Shown piece after piece: positions 51,345 to 63,834 of a stretch of 64,000 nt of DNA. A program made the position numbers and the translations under genes. Every line of letters begins with the position of its first letter. Position 1 is the stretch's first letter. Location of the stretch: the NCBI GenBank assembly GCA_030704615.1, contig CM060733.1:3968001-4032000 (forward strand), written 5' to 3'. The notes under the pieces are model-generated. The model worked only from the letters and a program-made list of their open reading frames with translations. It ran no database searches and was not told the origin of the DNA. Source of the stretch: Takakia lepidozioides. Taxonomy: Eukaryota; Plantae; Bryophyta.

Positions 51345-51887
51345 ACCTTGGATTTGAAAGATCAGACTGTCCTTCCAGCTCCTCTCTGTTCTTGTCTTCA
51401 GCAAGGTGCTTGGACTCCTTTAAGGTGCTTGGATCATGGCCAGGACGTTCCAGGCTCCTGCTAATGGTGGTATTCTCATCCTACATGAAGCATCGACTCT
51501 TACACAATCCGTAGAGAACTAGTTCCTTTTGGGCTATTTGTGGCCCCTCTCTTTCTTGTTTCTTTCTTCCTCTTGTCCCATAAGCTCTTTTAGCTTTACA
51601 TTGGGCTTATAAAGTACCTTGGATTTGAAAGATCAGATTGTCCCTCCAGCTCCTCTCCATTCTTGTCTTCAGCAAGGTGCTTGGACTCCTTTAAGGTACT
51701 TGGACCATGGCCAGGACGTTCCAGGCTCCTGCTAATGGTGGTATTTTCATCCTACATGAAGCATCGACTCTTACACAATCCGTAGAGAACTAGTTCCTTT
51801 GGGCTATTTGGGCCCCTCTCTTTCTTGTTTCTTTCTTCCTCTTGTCCCATAAGCTCTTTGAGCTTTACATTGGGCTTATAAAGTACC
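51345..51887. repeat. Recent tandem duplication, ~270-bp unit, 2 copies
   Basis: ACCTTGGATTTGAAAGATCAG at 51345 and 51616 with near-identical copies. Confidence 0.95.
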
Positions 51888-54006
51888 ATTTCATTGTCAC
51901 CCTTCAAATATCTTAAAGGCTACACATTTATGATCAGTTGGGTATTTTACTGCCTCACAACAAGTTTCACATCCCAGATTAATTATGTACACTTCAGCCT
52001 CCTCTCACATTGTTTGTGTCTGCAGAGTTTCACTCAGTGTCATTAATGAGACAGGATAGAATAGAGACACTCGGATACGACTGCTACAGTCATTTGAGAG
52101 AAGAATGGTGAATGTATGGTCACTTCTCTCCTAAAACCCCCAGGTAAAATTATCGAATTGACAAACAAACCCAGTGTCACATCCGCCTCTGTTTGATGGA
52201 TATGTAGAACCCTATGTTACACGACAAGGATCTGACCAAATGAATCTGATAAGAAAGCCTCCGATGTTGGGCTTTCTCTCTCTTGTTGTCCCCAGATGTT
52301 ATGCGTTACTGTCCCATACGCTCCTTGGGCTTTTCGTGACCGAAATAACATTCATGTCCTATACATAGAGAGAACCCGGCCGCATTAGCTCGTGCAGTGA
52401 GTGCACCGTCTCTCTCCCTCTCTCCTACACCTGGAGCAGACTTGGGCCAGAAATCTCACAGGACACAAACCATTCCAACGTACCGTGGTAATAAGCGAAG
52501 CAGGCTGGAAAACACCAGAGCGAGAGGAGCCAGACCTTCGGTTACACGAGACAAGTCGGGCATACAGACCCAAGTGAGGTGTTCCAGATTCCAGCCGAAT
52601 TCCAAAGCGCTATGAACGGAGGGATCCACAAGGAAATCATCCATTGCAACAGCCAAGCCTTGCAGGGTCCGAGCAGCGGAGAGGAAGGCGATGAGAGGGG
52701 CATCGGCATTGCAGAGGGCAGCTGCGCGCCTTCTGCTGACTCCCAACAAACAGTTGCAGCTGAACACGCTCCTCGTCTTCTCATGGATGAAAACCAAGCC
52801 CTCGTGGATGACACCTGGTTGGTTACTCGTCTTCTTCCTCACCCCTCTATTACTCTCTGTGTTGCTCTTTGGAGGATGTGGCTTCTTCGAGTATCCTTCA
52901 ACAAACCAGCCATTCACAGCAGCTCAGCCCTGATCACACCCAACATGAACTCATCACGAGAACAGCGATGATAACATGCATGCATTGAAGATTGCATGAG
53001 AGACAACGCACAACAGGAAGAAAGTGGACTTGAACCAGAACATCAATCAAAAGGTATGGACTCTCCATCCGCAAGTTGCCATGAAGATTAAGGACATGTA
53101 GCTGCAGAATCTTCCGTTCATAGATTGCTGGGAGAATACAGGGGGTTATTGTCGGGGCCATTAATCTAAAAGAATTGAATCATTAACCATATTTGCCTCT
53201 TTGTACATTGAGAATATGGTGACTACAGTAAGATACTTCTCCTTCTCCCCAAGGAATCTACCTTCCTCCCCACCTATCCTTGGGTCTCTCTCTCTTCAAC
53301 CTCCACACTCGTTGCAACATCTCTAGCTCCAGGTTGAGTGCATGTTAAAAGCACATAGCAAAATGGAACGCACTATTGGTGAGGTATTTCCGATGTAACT
53401 GGCCATCATATAAGTGACGGTGGCATGCCAGATTGATATCGGGTTTGTCTTGAACACGTCAGCGATTCCCATCTGGAGCACAGTGAGCAACTCATTTTTG
53501 ATGTGACTAAGCAATTTCTACAGTAAAGCAGTCACAGTCCTATTTTGGTTGGCTCCACAAGCTCACAAGATAACCAGGCCCTCCCGTGTGCTGTTGATGT
53601 TGCAATTGAGCTTGTACCAGCTGCTGCTGTGATGGGAGCTTGTCCTATTGCTGGTGGCTGCTGCCAGACCTGCTCCCACGGGAGCCAAGGCTGCCTCTCC
53701 TGGGGGAGCTACACTTCTTGCTAGGCCTCCACCATCCCATGTCATCTGTTGTCTAAGATTGTCGCTGGCATCACTATCCCTCGCTTTTTGTTCCGGCTCG
53801 TCCAGCCTGTCCAGAGTATCTGGGTGCCAAGACCCAACATGTACTTCGAAAGACTGGGAACCTGTTTGGCTCCCGGTGGCTGTTGGAACTGTAGAATGGA
53901 AGATCAAGCCATGTGAACTTTCGCTACTGCGAGACTTGAAGCTGCTCATGGAGTTCACAAGCAGTTGCTCCCACTCTGATAAGCTGCTTGTACTAGAAGG
54001 CCGTGG

Positions 54007-55835
54007 TTAAGGCCCCCAAGAAATTAGATCTTCACTCACAAGTGGAAGAGAAGGTGTGGAGAACTCTGGGCGTTCCTCCACACCAGGTAGCTTCAGATCA
54101 GAGGATAGATCGATCAAGTCATGTTCTGTACATGAGTGAGCCAAAAGGTCAGGCAGGCCTTCTCTTTGCAGTTGAGCTTGGGTGCACGGGGACTCCCGAA
54201 TATGACTCCCTTTAGATTGCAGCTGCCATCTAGAAGGGTATATAGGCTGACTGGATGTTCTTTGAAGACCACGAAGCCCTGTGCAAAACACAATTGAGTT
54301 GTCAGTGGTGTCCCTGTGGCATACAGAAGACTATCAATAGGCCACCTTGAGATTGAGCTTGGGGTTAAAGCATATGGCCAGCCGAGGTTCTGGTCATGTA
54401 TTGCAACAAAAATCATCCTGATAATGAGCACCGTATTGAACAGAAAACAACTTCAAAGAAACTGCTCAAACTTGGAAAAGAAGATCAATGAGCCCGGATG
54501 ACTGCTGACATGCCTGAATACCACAGAAGCAAGGTGGATATACTCGAGAACAGTTCCTGACATAAACCAAAGAATTGCACATTTGTCCTTCAACAGAGCT
54601 AGACATTGCACTATGTGCTCTCCAATTTGGACACCCCACAGAAAGCCAAGGTAAGGCAGAAGGCCAAGTTCCAGTCTTCTTTGAACAATAACCAGTTTAC
54701 CAGTTAAGAACAAAGTGCTCTACAATCTATAACGAACACAAGGGGAAAGGGGCTAGTTACCTTCTCCTCTAGTGTATGAGCCACTCCCAGTTCTTCCAAG
54801 GGGTTCCGCTTTGCTTGACACCTCTCCATCATATGAATTTCTTGCAGGTGTTTCTAGGGCCGACGGGCCTAAGTAGGTTAATTGCTTGGCACATGACTGT
54901 GTGGATGCAGAACTAATAGCAGCACTCACCTTCTTCATTTCCATTTCAGAGACCAGAACTTTTGTTGGTGGTGGCAACGATGCAAGAATACTTAACTCCC
55001 GACATCCTTCCAAAAATTGCAGCAGTAGCTGTGTTTGATGTCCTGCTTTCTTACAGATCTGGAGAAACTGAAGGGCCTCCGAAAGCTGTAAAATACTTAG
55101 TCTCTCCATTATTTCACGGATACGAAATCCTATCTCTTCCTGCACTTTGTAGCTGTCTGACACCACCCAAATCAGTGCCCCTTGGACCACCGGATTCCTA
55201 GCAACGTATGGCCCCACCACACAGGAACACACCTCTTGCAACAATGATTGCAGGGCTGCGAGGTCCTCTAAAAGGTCCTCTGTTGCCATGTAACAAAGCT
55301 TTTCTGAAATTTTCCCAACATTGCCACTCCATTTACCATCGAAATGGCTCTTTACTAACCGGGAACAAATCAGGCGCTCGTCCAGGTACCTTGCATACTG
55401 CCGCACACACGCAGAAAGCTCCCAAGTGAGCGGACTCAGATCATCCCTGAAATTAATGAAATTTAGATAGTCACGACCCCCTCTACTCGAACAAACCCCA
55501 AGATGATCCTGAAACAGAAACCCGCCCTCCACAATCGCCCGGTGGATGACAATCAGACATTTGAGTGCTACAGCCCAGTTCTGCGTCTTACAAAGCCTTT
55601 TCACAAGTGCCCTCGTGCAGTAGGATACACGCAGTCGGGACCCTGATCCTGCTGCGAGAATGGCTTCCACGTATTTCTCATCAGGTAAACTCTCATAGTG
55701 ACTGGTTGCCCTCACTACTGCCACTTGAAAGCTTGAAAATGTGCCGCTTGCCGTCGCTAGCCCCGCAGCTGTCTCATCCTTCAGCAATCCCAGGGCTCTT
55801 CGCAGCTTGTTCGGCCTCGCCATCCATCCTGCCAT
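54007..55835 (-). CDS. ANTH-domain clathrin assembly protein (AP180/PICALM family); exons 54761-55835 and 54007-54278; frame continues to 53563 past the TAA
   Basis: ANTH motifs LKDET..VAVVRATSH..RLCKTQNWAVALKCLIVIHR..YARYLDER. Phase-1 donor G|GTAACT and acceptor TTTTGCACAG|. Exon 2 has DLL, DLIDL and DLISW motifs. Confidence 0.88.
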
Positions 55836-57729
55836 CTCTTACTGAGGACTCTGTCTCTTACTAGTTTCCAGATAAACTGTTTCCACATATTGCTGGTGAA
55901 CTCTTCCAACCTTCTGTCGGTTGATCATTCCATACAGAGTACTGTTGTAGACGTAAGCTAAATTCCATTCCATTTCTGTAAAGTCTACAGCATTTTAAGC
56001 ATTTTGCATACGTAGAGACCCAAAGGTCTGCACATGCACTCATTGCAAACTACTTTCACTCCCATCTCTGCTGCATGATGTCGTATATAAAATAACAAGT
56101 CAACGGACAAACTCAGACCTTGCTCATCTATGGTCCTCTCTCTTTCAATTCACACAAGGCTTACGTTGCTTCTACTTCCCTTCACTTTGATGGGTGCACG
56201 ATTCCTTTCCCCCCGCTATCTCTTCTGCTTGTTGTCGTGAGCTCCCTCCACTAATCCTACCTGGGAATTCAAACCTCAAAACGGAGTCTTTAAGACGAAA
56301 ATGCCACTTGCTTTGGCACAGCTTCGCTCCCACAAGTCGCTCCCACAAGTCACTCCCCGTCCCTAATTTCCCGCTTGTAAGTTCCAACACGAACTCCTAC
56401 ACAACTGGAAGGACTTGTATATGATCCCCGCAAAGCAATAGCAATCAACCACTGTTACGGCTCGAGCTAAGGTTGTGGACTCAGCGCCATGGACAGACCA
56501 TGGACGCGGGCAGTGAAGCTCCCAGGAAAGCGAGAGAGACGTGCGACGACAAATCGCGGGTCGCGTTGTCGCCCCCCGTTCTTCCCCCCTTCAACCGGCC
56601 ACGGAAACGGACTATAGCCGGGCGCTGGACTGTCACTACTATGTCCGTGGCGCCATCCGGTCCTGTCGATTCTACGTAAGGCCGGAAACCGGCAGCAACC
56701 GGTTTTCTGCGTTAATAGTAACTGGAAGTGATGGATAGAATGTTCCGGAAGACAGGCACGTGTGGCCTGCAGGTACGGCGCCGCCTGTCGAACCGTCCGA
56801 ATCCGATGGGCCAGCCCAATAGACTTTTTCTTTTTCTTTTTTTCTTTTTTCTCTTTTCTTCAAGAGGGGATTTATCTTTTTTTAATTATTCTAAAGTATT
56901 ATATATTTGTGTGGAGTATATAAGGCTGTTTCAAGTCAACCTCCGGGATCGTCACTAGCCTCACCTGACCATGCTGGATTGGATGTGTTGGCAGTCAGTG
57001 ACGCAGATGCAGTCGCGAGGAGGAGAGCACGACAGAGCCCACACATATCCCTAAAGCAAACACAGACAGAGACGCCAGAATGCAGGTTCCAATACAGGAT
57101 ACGTGACCTTGGTGCTAGCAGCAAATACTTATTAGAGGCCATGAGTAAGAAGAAATTGAGCTTATTACTTGGCCTGCTATGGAGCCTGCAAAACTTTCTA
57201 GCTTACATAGCATACACCGATTCGCGCACGATTCGGCATAACTGCGTAGGTGTGATTTCTCTTTATGGCTCCGAATTCTGTACATGCAAAACACAACACT
57301 TTTGCAAACCAATGAACAATCCGCATTTTTTGGCAACTTACAAAACCATGCACCTTTCCTGGCCTCATGTGAGGTCGTGCAGAGGATGAAGTGAATGGTT
57401 CAGAGGGGCCAGGCCGTTTGTGGGCACTGACCAAAAATGGAAAGTGCCTCACTTTGAGTAAATCTATATATAACCACGGTATATTTTTAGTTTGTCCCAA
57501 TAAGGACAATAAGAAACTTCACAAGCAAACTTTTTGCATGGTCTCCATGCAGGTACAATTTAAACTTAGTCTTGACAAGTTATCGGTTTTCGAGAGCAGA
57601 GAAAGATTCACAGACTACGAAGTGAGATTGTGTGTTGTCTATATAAAACTACCACGCACACGTGAGGGAGGGTAGAGTGGCTTGCTCGACTTCGAAAGCT
57701 ATTGTAGTGTCTAGAAGTTTAGGAGCACC

Positions 57730-58839
57730 ATGGGGAGGGCGAAAATCGATATCAAGAGGATACTGAACGCGATGAACAGGAAGGTCACTTTTACAAAAAG
57801 ACGCGTTGGACTCATGAAGAAAGCCTTTGAGTTGTCAATCTTGTGCGAAGTGGATGTCGCTGTGGTCATATTTGAGGCTTCGGGCAAATTTTTTCAATTC
57901 TGCAACGTTTCGATTGAGGACCTGATCATTAGGTATGCAAATTTATCCCAAGCTGACCGTGACAAGAGTTTGCAGGAGATGCATAGCAAACTTGCCACTT
58001 TTCGGACGGCTCTCAATATTGTTGACGATTCAATGCAGCAGTTAGGTCTTCATCGACCTGTACCCCAAGGGTATTTGAACGAGGCCGTGCAAAAGATTCA
58101 AGAGGATAGAAATCGAGCTTCCAGCGGCCCAGGCAGAAATTTTGAGCCCAACATAGGCGGGAGTCATGTACAGGACAGCTCTCGTGTGTATATTGCTAGG
58201 CTGGAAGACAACGTAAGGACTCTGGAGTTGGAAGTAAGGAAGTTATCGTTCCATTCGCGGATCCTCTTTGGAGACCCACTCACTATCCAAAAATTGAACA
58301 TTGTCGCCTTGACAAGTATAGATGCTCAAATGGCTGCATCTCTTGTCGAAGTACGACAGTGTATACTCAACCATAACGTCTGCATACAAAGACAGAATCC
58401 AGAGTTTGTCGAGCCGCTGCCATCAAAAAATGACATGGATCCTAGTTGTTATGGTACTGCGCCCAGTTGCAGCAATACTGGTGGGCCTTGGGTGGATCAG
58501 AGACCAGCATCGGCTCTTACTTTTGTGCCACCAAGTGAAGACATCAACACCCAAGTTAGCATGCACAACCCAGAAACTCAGCAAATGCCCACAATGCAAT
58601 CAGAACTTGCAGGCAACATGGGTCAGGCTAGCGGTGGGCCCAACACTGGTCCAGCGTTTGATGAGGGCAACTGGGTGGATCTTGAGCGTCATCGATGGGC
58701 CGAAAGTTGTCTGCAGCAACCTTCAAAGGAGCAGCTGCAAGTAGCCACTCCTTTCTTACAAGCAACACCAAACGATGAACAGAATCCGTGTGCTTCTAAT
58801 TGGACTCCGCCACACACTTTCTATCGCCACCCATACTGA
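57730..58839 (+). CDS. Intronless MADS-box transcription factor, MIKC*-like, 369 aa
   Basis: MADS domain MGRAKIDIKRI..RKVTFTKRRVGLMKKAFELSILCEVD; I-region SIEDLIIRYANL..DRDK; K-like heptads; single uninterrupted ORF; TATA-like TATATAAA at ~57640. Confidence 0.9.
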   Translation: MGRAKIDIKRILNAMNRKVTFTKRRVGLMKKAFELSILCEVDVAVVIFEASGKFFQFCNVSIEDLIIRYANLSQADRDKSLQEMHSKLATFRTALNIVDDSMQQLGLHRPVPQGYLNEAVQKIQEDRNRASSGPGRNFEPNIGGSHVQDSSRVYIARLEDNVRTLELEVRKLSFHSRILFGDPLTIQKLNIVALTSIDAQMAASLVEVRQCILNHNVCIQRQNPEFVEPLPSKNDMDPSCYGTAPSCSNTGGPWVDQRPASALTFVPPSEDINTQVSMHNPETQQMPTMQSELAGNMGQASGGPNTGPAFDEGNWVDLERHRWAESCLQQPSKEQLQVATPFLQATPNDEQNPCASNWTPPHTFYRHPY

Positions 58840-59993
58840 GAGGGTTGTGATATGTTGCCACTTATGACGCAAAAGCTTACGGATCCTAGAAACTTTTTTG
58901 TTCTTTGTTTTTTTCTTGGGATTGGAGAGTCAGTGTGCCAAGAGAATTTTTGTATAATTTAGATCAGACAGAGAGCTTATAAATTTTGATCTTTGGGTCT
59001 AGCTTTTCCTTAGGTGTGACCTTCGGAAATGATTCGAGGACAGTCTGTGTGGAAGATTGTCTATTACATTTTTGAAATTATCAGTTCAATTCTATGTCTA
59101 TTGGGCACTAAAAGGATCCTCCTACATATGTTTGATGTATAAATTTGACATTAGTTTTCAATAATGTCAACCAATTTTCTAGAAGTAAAGCTCCAAAGGG
59201 CTACCTCCCCTTTTCTCTATAAAATTTTGGTTTTTTTTTTAAACAATCATGTGAATCTTAACAGGCTAAAGTCTTAAAAGGATCTCTGTCCCCTTTCCAT
59301 TTTTTTTTTCAAAAGGCTGTGGCTATGGCGGATCATCGGTCTAGTCTTTCCATCCATCATTCATTGGCTAAACAACCTACAACTTTTTCACCCTTGATTG
59401 CAAAATCTGCATCTGGTCACTTTTTATTGCCCTTTTTATTCATAACTAACCACAGTGTACCTGCAGTTTATCAACTGGCCTGTCCATATTCATGGGCCTT
59501 TCAATTTTTGAAACTACCTTTCAAGTTAGCGACCCACAAAAATGTCGAGGAATTTGGTCACTAGCTTGACATCTTTGGTGGTTGAAAAGCGAGAATTAGT
59601 AACATGGAACATACCCAAAACAAACTCCACTTAAACACTAGTCCCACTTTTCCTTAAAAATGTTTTTAAAAAAAAAAGAAAAAACACTAGTGACGGCCAA
59701 CCGTTCACTATTCCGTCTTACCAGAAAAGTTGCACAGGCCGAATGAGATCGCTAATTGTGTAAGTGAGTGTATATATAGTGCTGTGAGCAGCTCGAAACC
59801 TACAAACGATATGGGACTAAAAATGGAGAAAGTAGATATGGTACGTTTGGTGGGCCTTCTCACATGCCATGCCGGGAAGTTGCAAAGTTTGAATTTCATT
59901 TTCTTGTTGCGCTTCCCTCTTTCCTCTCACTATCCTTCTCGGATTCTGCATTTGTCATTCTTGGATGGTTGTAGAAGAAGAGAGAGGTGAACG

Positions 59994-61365
59994 ATGGCGC
60001 ACATAAGAAAGACAGATCCAAGAGTGAGCTTTGAGTACTTCGATAGGGGACGTAAGGGCTACTTGACAAGGCACGAGGTGAAATGCGCTCTCCTGTCCCT
60101 GTTCGGCACCCCTCCGTCCAAGGTTCCCTCTCTTTCCCTCTCCCAAACTGTTTCTCGGAGGCCGCTAGTTTCCCTAAGTTGTGATTCCCGAAGCAAATCA
60201 AACTTACGGGCACTAAAAACTCTGGGCAAAACTGGAATCTGTCGGCACCATGGCCCCATACCCAGTGAAGGAGTAATAAGCGATTCTTTACTAGGCAAGG
60301 TACAGGACAAAAGGGCCAACATTTTTGATTCAGATGTCACCTTCATCTGAGATCATCCACAGAAGCCATTGATTCCGCTCTGACATAATTCTAAATTTTA
60401 TGCACGACCACAAAGAGGCACTGCCCATGTGTATATATGAGTAGTCAAAAACTCAAATCTGCTCACTTGTGGAGCCCTTTACAATTACGGGAGCTGGTGC
60501 GCCTCGCGATCACTAGACCTATAGATGCTTTTGATATATTCTAGCAATTTTTCTGCATGTTTGATTTGAGTGATTGCTCGATTAACTTGGGGTTTTGAAT
60601 GTGGGATTTTGTTCTTACTCCCATGAAAATTGTAGGCTGAGACGCTCTCAATAATGGATTCAGCATCCAGGGATTGCATCGGTTGGCCGCTGTTTGATGC
60701 TTTGGTATCGGACCGGATCCGCCCATTTCCTACTGAACCTCTCATTCGCTCAGCATTCGACTATCTTTGTCCAAAGAGTACGCATCCAGGAAACCCTTAT
60801 ATGTTATACCTACTCCTCGGAATCGGAAAGATTCAAGAATAAAATCCTTTGTAGGGAGTATTTGAAAATCAGTCCACCAATGTAATTTTCTCCAAATTTC
60901 AGCAACCTGTGGTTCAGGTGTCTAACCCACATGGCCCAAAAAAATGAAGGGACTTGGAAGACTTTTGAAGGCTGGTCCGGTACATCCATCGCACATAAAT
61001 CGAAATGGGCATTACAGAGAGAAAGAAGAGAATTTTTTACGTCCAGAGAAAGAGAGACGAGAGATGCCGCTGTGTACCCCATTTTGACCATGTCTCCAAG
61101 ACGAGCCTACAACAGTTTAACATGTCAGCCCTTAGCTATTGACGAGATACAATTTGCTTGTGATCTCAGCAATGATTCTTGGACTCCAGGTTTGCCAAAG
61201 CGTGAGCTAATCAGCTGCCAAGGATTTCTCACAGTGCTGCGTCAACAGGCGCCATCCCTCAACCACCAAGTAGCAAAGAAAGCTTTCCTGGAACTTGATT
61301 CTGATGGCGATGGTTGCTTGAATTACTTTGACTTTGCTGCAGCTGTCCGATCTGATGTGCCCTAG
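59994..61365 (+). CDS. EF-hand calcium-binding protein, EFCAB11-like, ~148 aa; exons 59994-60122, 60636-60777, 61190-61365
   Basis: FDRGRKGYLTRHEVKCALLSLFGTPPSK / IRSAFDYL / RQQAPSL..AFLELDSDGDGCLNYFDF matches the EFCAB11 pattern (LFGYKPSK, APKL, DxDxDG). Introns are in phase; the 5' start is uncertain. Confidence 0.75.
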
Positions 61366-62598
61366 TACTTTTCAATACCGTCCAGCAGGAAAGCTCCAAC
61401 CGAAGTGATGTAAATGATCCAACTGGAAAATCTCTCGTTCTCTGAGAGCAAGTTCCAAACTTCGGTTTTGTTTGTACAAGGAACACACTTGGTCTAGTGA
61501 ATCGAACATGGAAGTGTCTCTGACATGATGAAATGGAGATGGGTAGGACTTCAGTGTTGTTAGAGTTCAGCCTGGACATAGTTAATTTAGCACGTCTGTC
61601 AAGAGGCTTTGACAAGCAACAGCTGAATTCACAAAACTGACTTTCCACCTCAGAATGATGTGTGAATGCTCACAGCCCTACTTCATAAACACAATCATTA
61701 GCTCTTTTTCTTCCTAACCCTCTTTCAGAGGAAGGTGCCTTTGGATTAACAAGGTTACCATGCCACAGACCCCTGGATAAATGCTCAATTCTCTTCCTAT
61801 GGACTTGGTGAACTTTTTCTTTTCTGCTTTTTCTTGCACAGGCAAACAGACTTTTCAGCCAGAAGCACTCAGCTAAGTGATACGTTCTGAAGCGTACCGG
61901 GATGTGAGGACATCATATATCAACTGCAAAACTTGGAACTGTAAACAACCCCCTGAATAAACAGTCTTATTAATGTTGTGGGGATACATTAATGCTGAAC
62001 CTTATGTTTGAGAATCAATTGTTCACTTGAAAGAACAGGAGTAAAACCAATTAATTTTATTGACTAGTTAGGCATCATCACAGGTGCTCTCTCAGAGCAG
62101 ACTTCTCTATCTCTCTGACTCTCACTCCATGCCTCTCTTGTCTATGGAGAAGATCTCTCCCATACACATAGTTCAGGACAGCACACCCTTAGTCGTCTCT
62201 TGGCCTCCAAGGCCTGAAATCGACCACCACAATTTCTCCAACATATTTCTTGGTTTTTGGACCATTTTGTGTGTGAGGTCATAGCGGTGACATCGTAATA
62301 TACTAAACATGTATTTCTCTGAGTTGACTGTTCATATTCACTCCTTGAAGGGTCATTGAAATACTAAATGTTGAATATCTCAACACCTACTCTTGCATAC
62401 CGTCCCCTGCAATCTAAAACACCCTCTTCTCCATAGTTTTTCCTACATTGCTTGTGACACACCTGCAGGACTGACCGTCTTATGCAGTGGTTCAAATGGT
62501 TTCTTGCAACCCTACTGTTAGCTTACAAAATAGTGACAAATTACGACATTTCTGCCCTTGAAATGGCCCAAAGTTTTTCATGGTTCTTGCTGCTTGTG

Positions 62599-63345
62599 TT
62601 ACCAGTACTCTCCATAAGAACGAACTCCATCTTCCACTGTGGTGAAAGCAATGGGAATGGCGTACAATAACTGCTCGCCCAACAATCTTCGAGATAACCT
62701 TGATGGTATGAAAATCACCACACACCCAAAGGTTCTTGATGACATGGATAGGTGTCCCTTGTGGTGGTGCGCTGATGAGCCCAAAAGCAATGGCCAGCTT
62801 CTCACTACGGTTGCAAAGAGTGTGTCAGGCATGTACCCAGCCTCCTTCATCTGCCCAGACAAGCTCCTCAACTCAGCATAGATATCTGCAATTTATCGAT
62901 GCAAGTTTATCGTCCCACTTGCCACCTTCAGCATAGATATTCGATAGCAGCACATAAGCTGCAGGATGAGATGTCAGCATGGACCTTTCCGGGGCTCTTA
63001 GGCTGGCAAATGCATTGAGGACGCAAATGAACGTGACCTTGTCTGGCATCACCCCTCCATTGCATTCTTTTGTACATCTCAAAAGCCTCCCCCACCCATG
63101 CCTAGTATATCCTGCAATCATGGCATTCCATGAGACCACATTTTGTTGAGCCATGTTGTCAAACACTTGGCGCGCTTCCTCCATGCTACCACATTTCGCA
63201 TACATGTAGGCAAGGGCTGTCTGCAGAATTATATCTGCTGCAATTCCAGCTCTCATGATCTCGGAATGGACCTCTTTGCCCTTTTCCAGGGCTCCTAAGC
63301 TGGCACACGCTTTGAAAGCGCAAGTGAACGCGCCCTGTTCGGCAT
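62599..63345 (-). pseudogene. PLS-class PPR-E-DYW (RNA-editing factor) pseudogene with internal deletions, 5'-interrupted
   Basis: MYAKCGSMEEARQVFD..NVVSWNAMIAGY; E-motif YVLLSNIYA..GKWD; [10 protein letters not shown]; [10 protein letters not shown]; C-terminus GVRSYGEYW; several frameshifts. Confidence 0.9.
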
Positions 63346-63349
63346 CACG

Positions 63350-63460
63350 GAGGTTACAATGTAACCCCAAGGAGTTACACTCCCCGAAGTGTAACCCGGT
63401 GTAACCCTGAGCGCCCTCCCGTGTAACCCAGTGTCACCCCGACTGGAGTTACACTCCCTT
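63350..63460. repeat. GTAACCC/GGTTACA repeat cluster, probably the subterminal region of a DNA transposon interrupting the PPR gene
   Basis: Multiple TGTAACCC and GAGTTACAC motifs begin where PPR coding similarity stops. Confidence 0.55.
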
Positions 63461-63834
63461 CAGTTCCATGTCACTCTCCAGAGAGAGTGGGGAAGATTTG
63501 ACATGCCGGAAACCAGTAAACCATCCTCTAGAGATTGCACACGTGCATTAAGTTCTTATGTTATTCCTAGTGTTCTTCTCATTTTAGGTGCTAGAATACA
63601 GAGGAGGTAGCTCTTTTATGAGAGAAGCTCTTGTTGATCTTGTCAAAATTGTCTGTGTATTGTTTGAGGTAATGCTTGTATCCTGTTGATTATTCCACAA
63701 GGCTGTCACACTTCTGTCAGTCAGTGTACCTGGCAATTATCAAACAATTATCTACGTCACATTTGACCATCAACATAAAGTGTGAACTTTCTTCACTTTT
63801 CTTTCCACTAAAACTCTAGTAGCATGCCAATCTG

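Noticed and set aside
52385-53161. RNA polymerase IV/V-like or other coding fragment
   Set aside because: Only a vague resemblance (GLAVAMDDFL); no diagnostic DFDGD motif or exon structure.
54007-54009. U-to-C RNA editing rescuing the ANTH stop
   Set aside because: Plant U-to-C editing is established for organellar transcripts, not for nuclear genes like this one.
54753-54760. ANTH gene as a single-exon 360-aa ORF
   Set aside because: The ORF runs into a donor site; an in-phase second exon with clathrin-box-like motifs follows.
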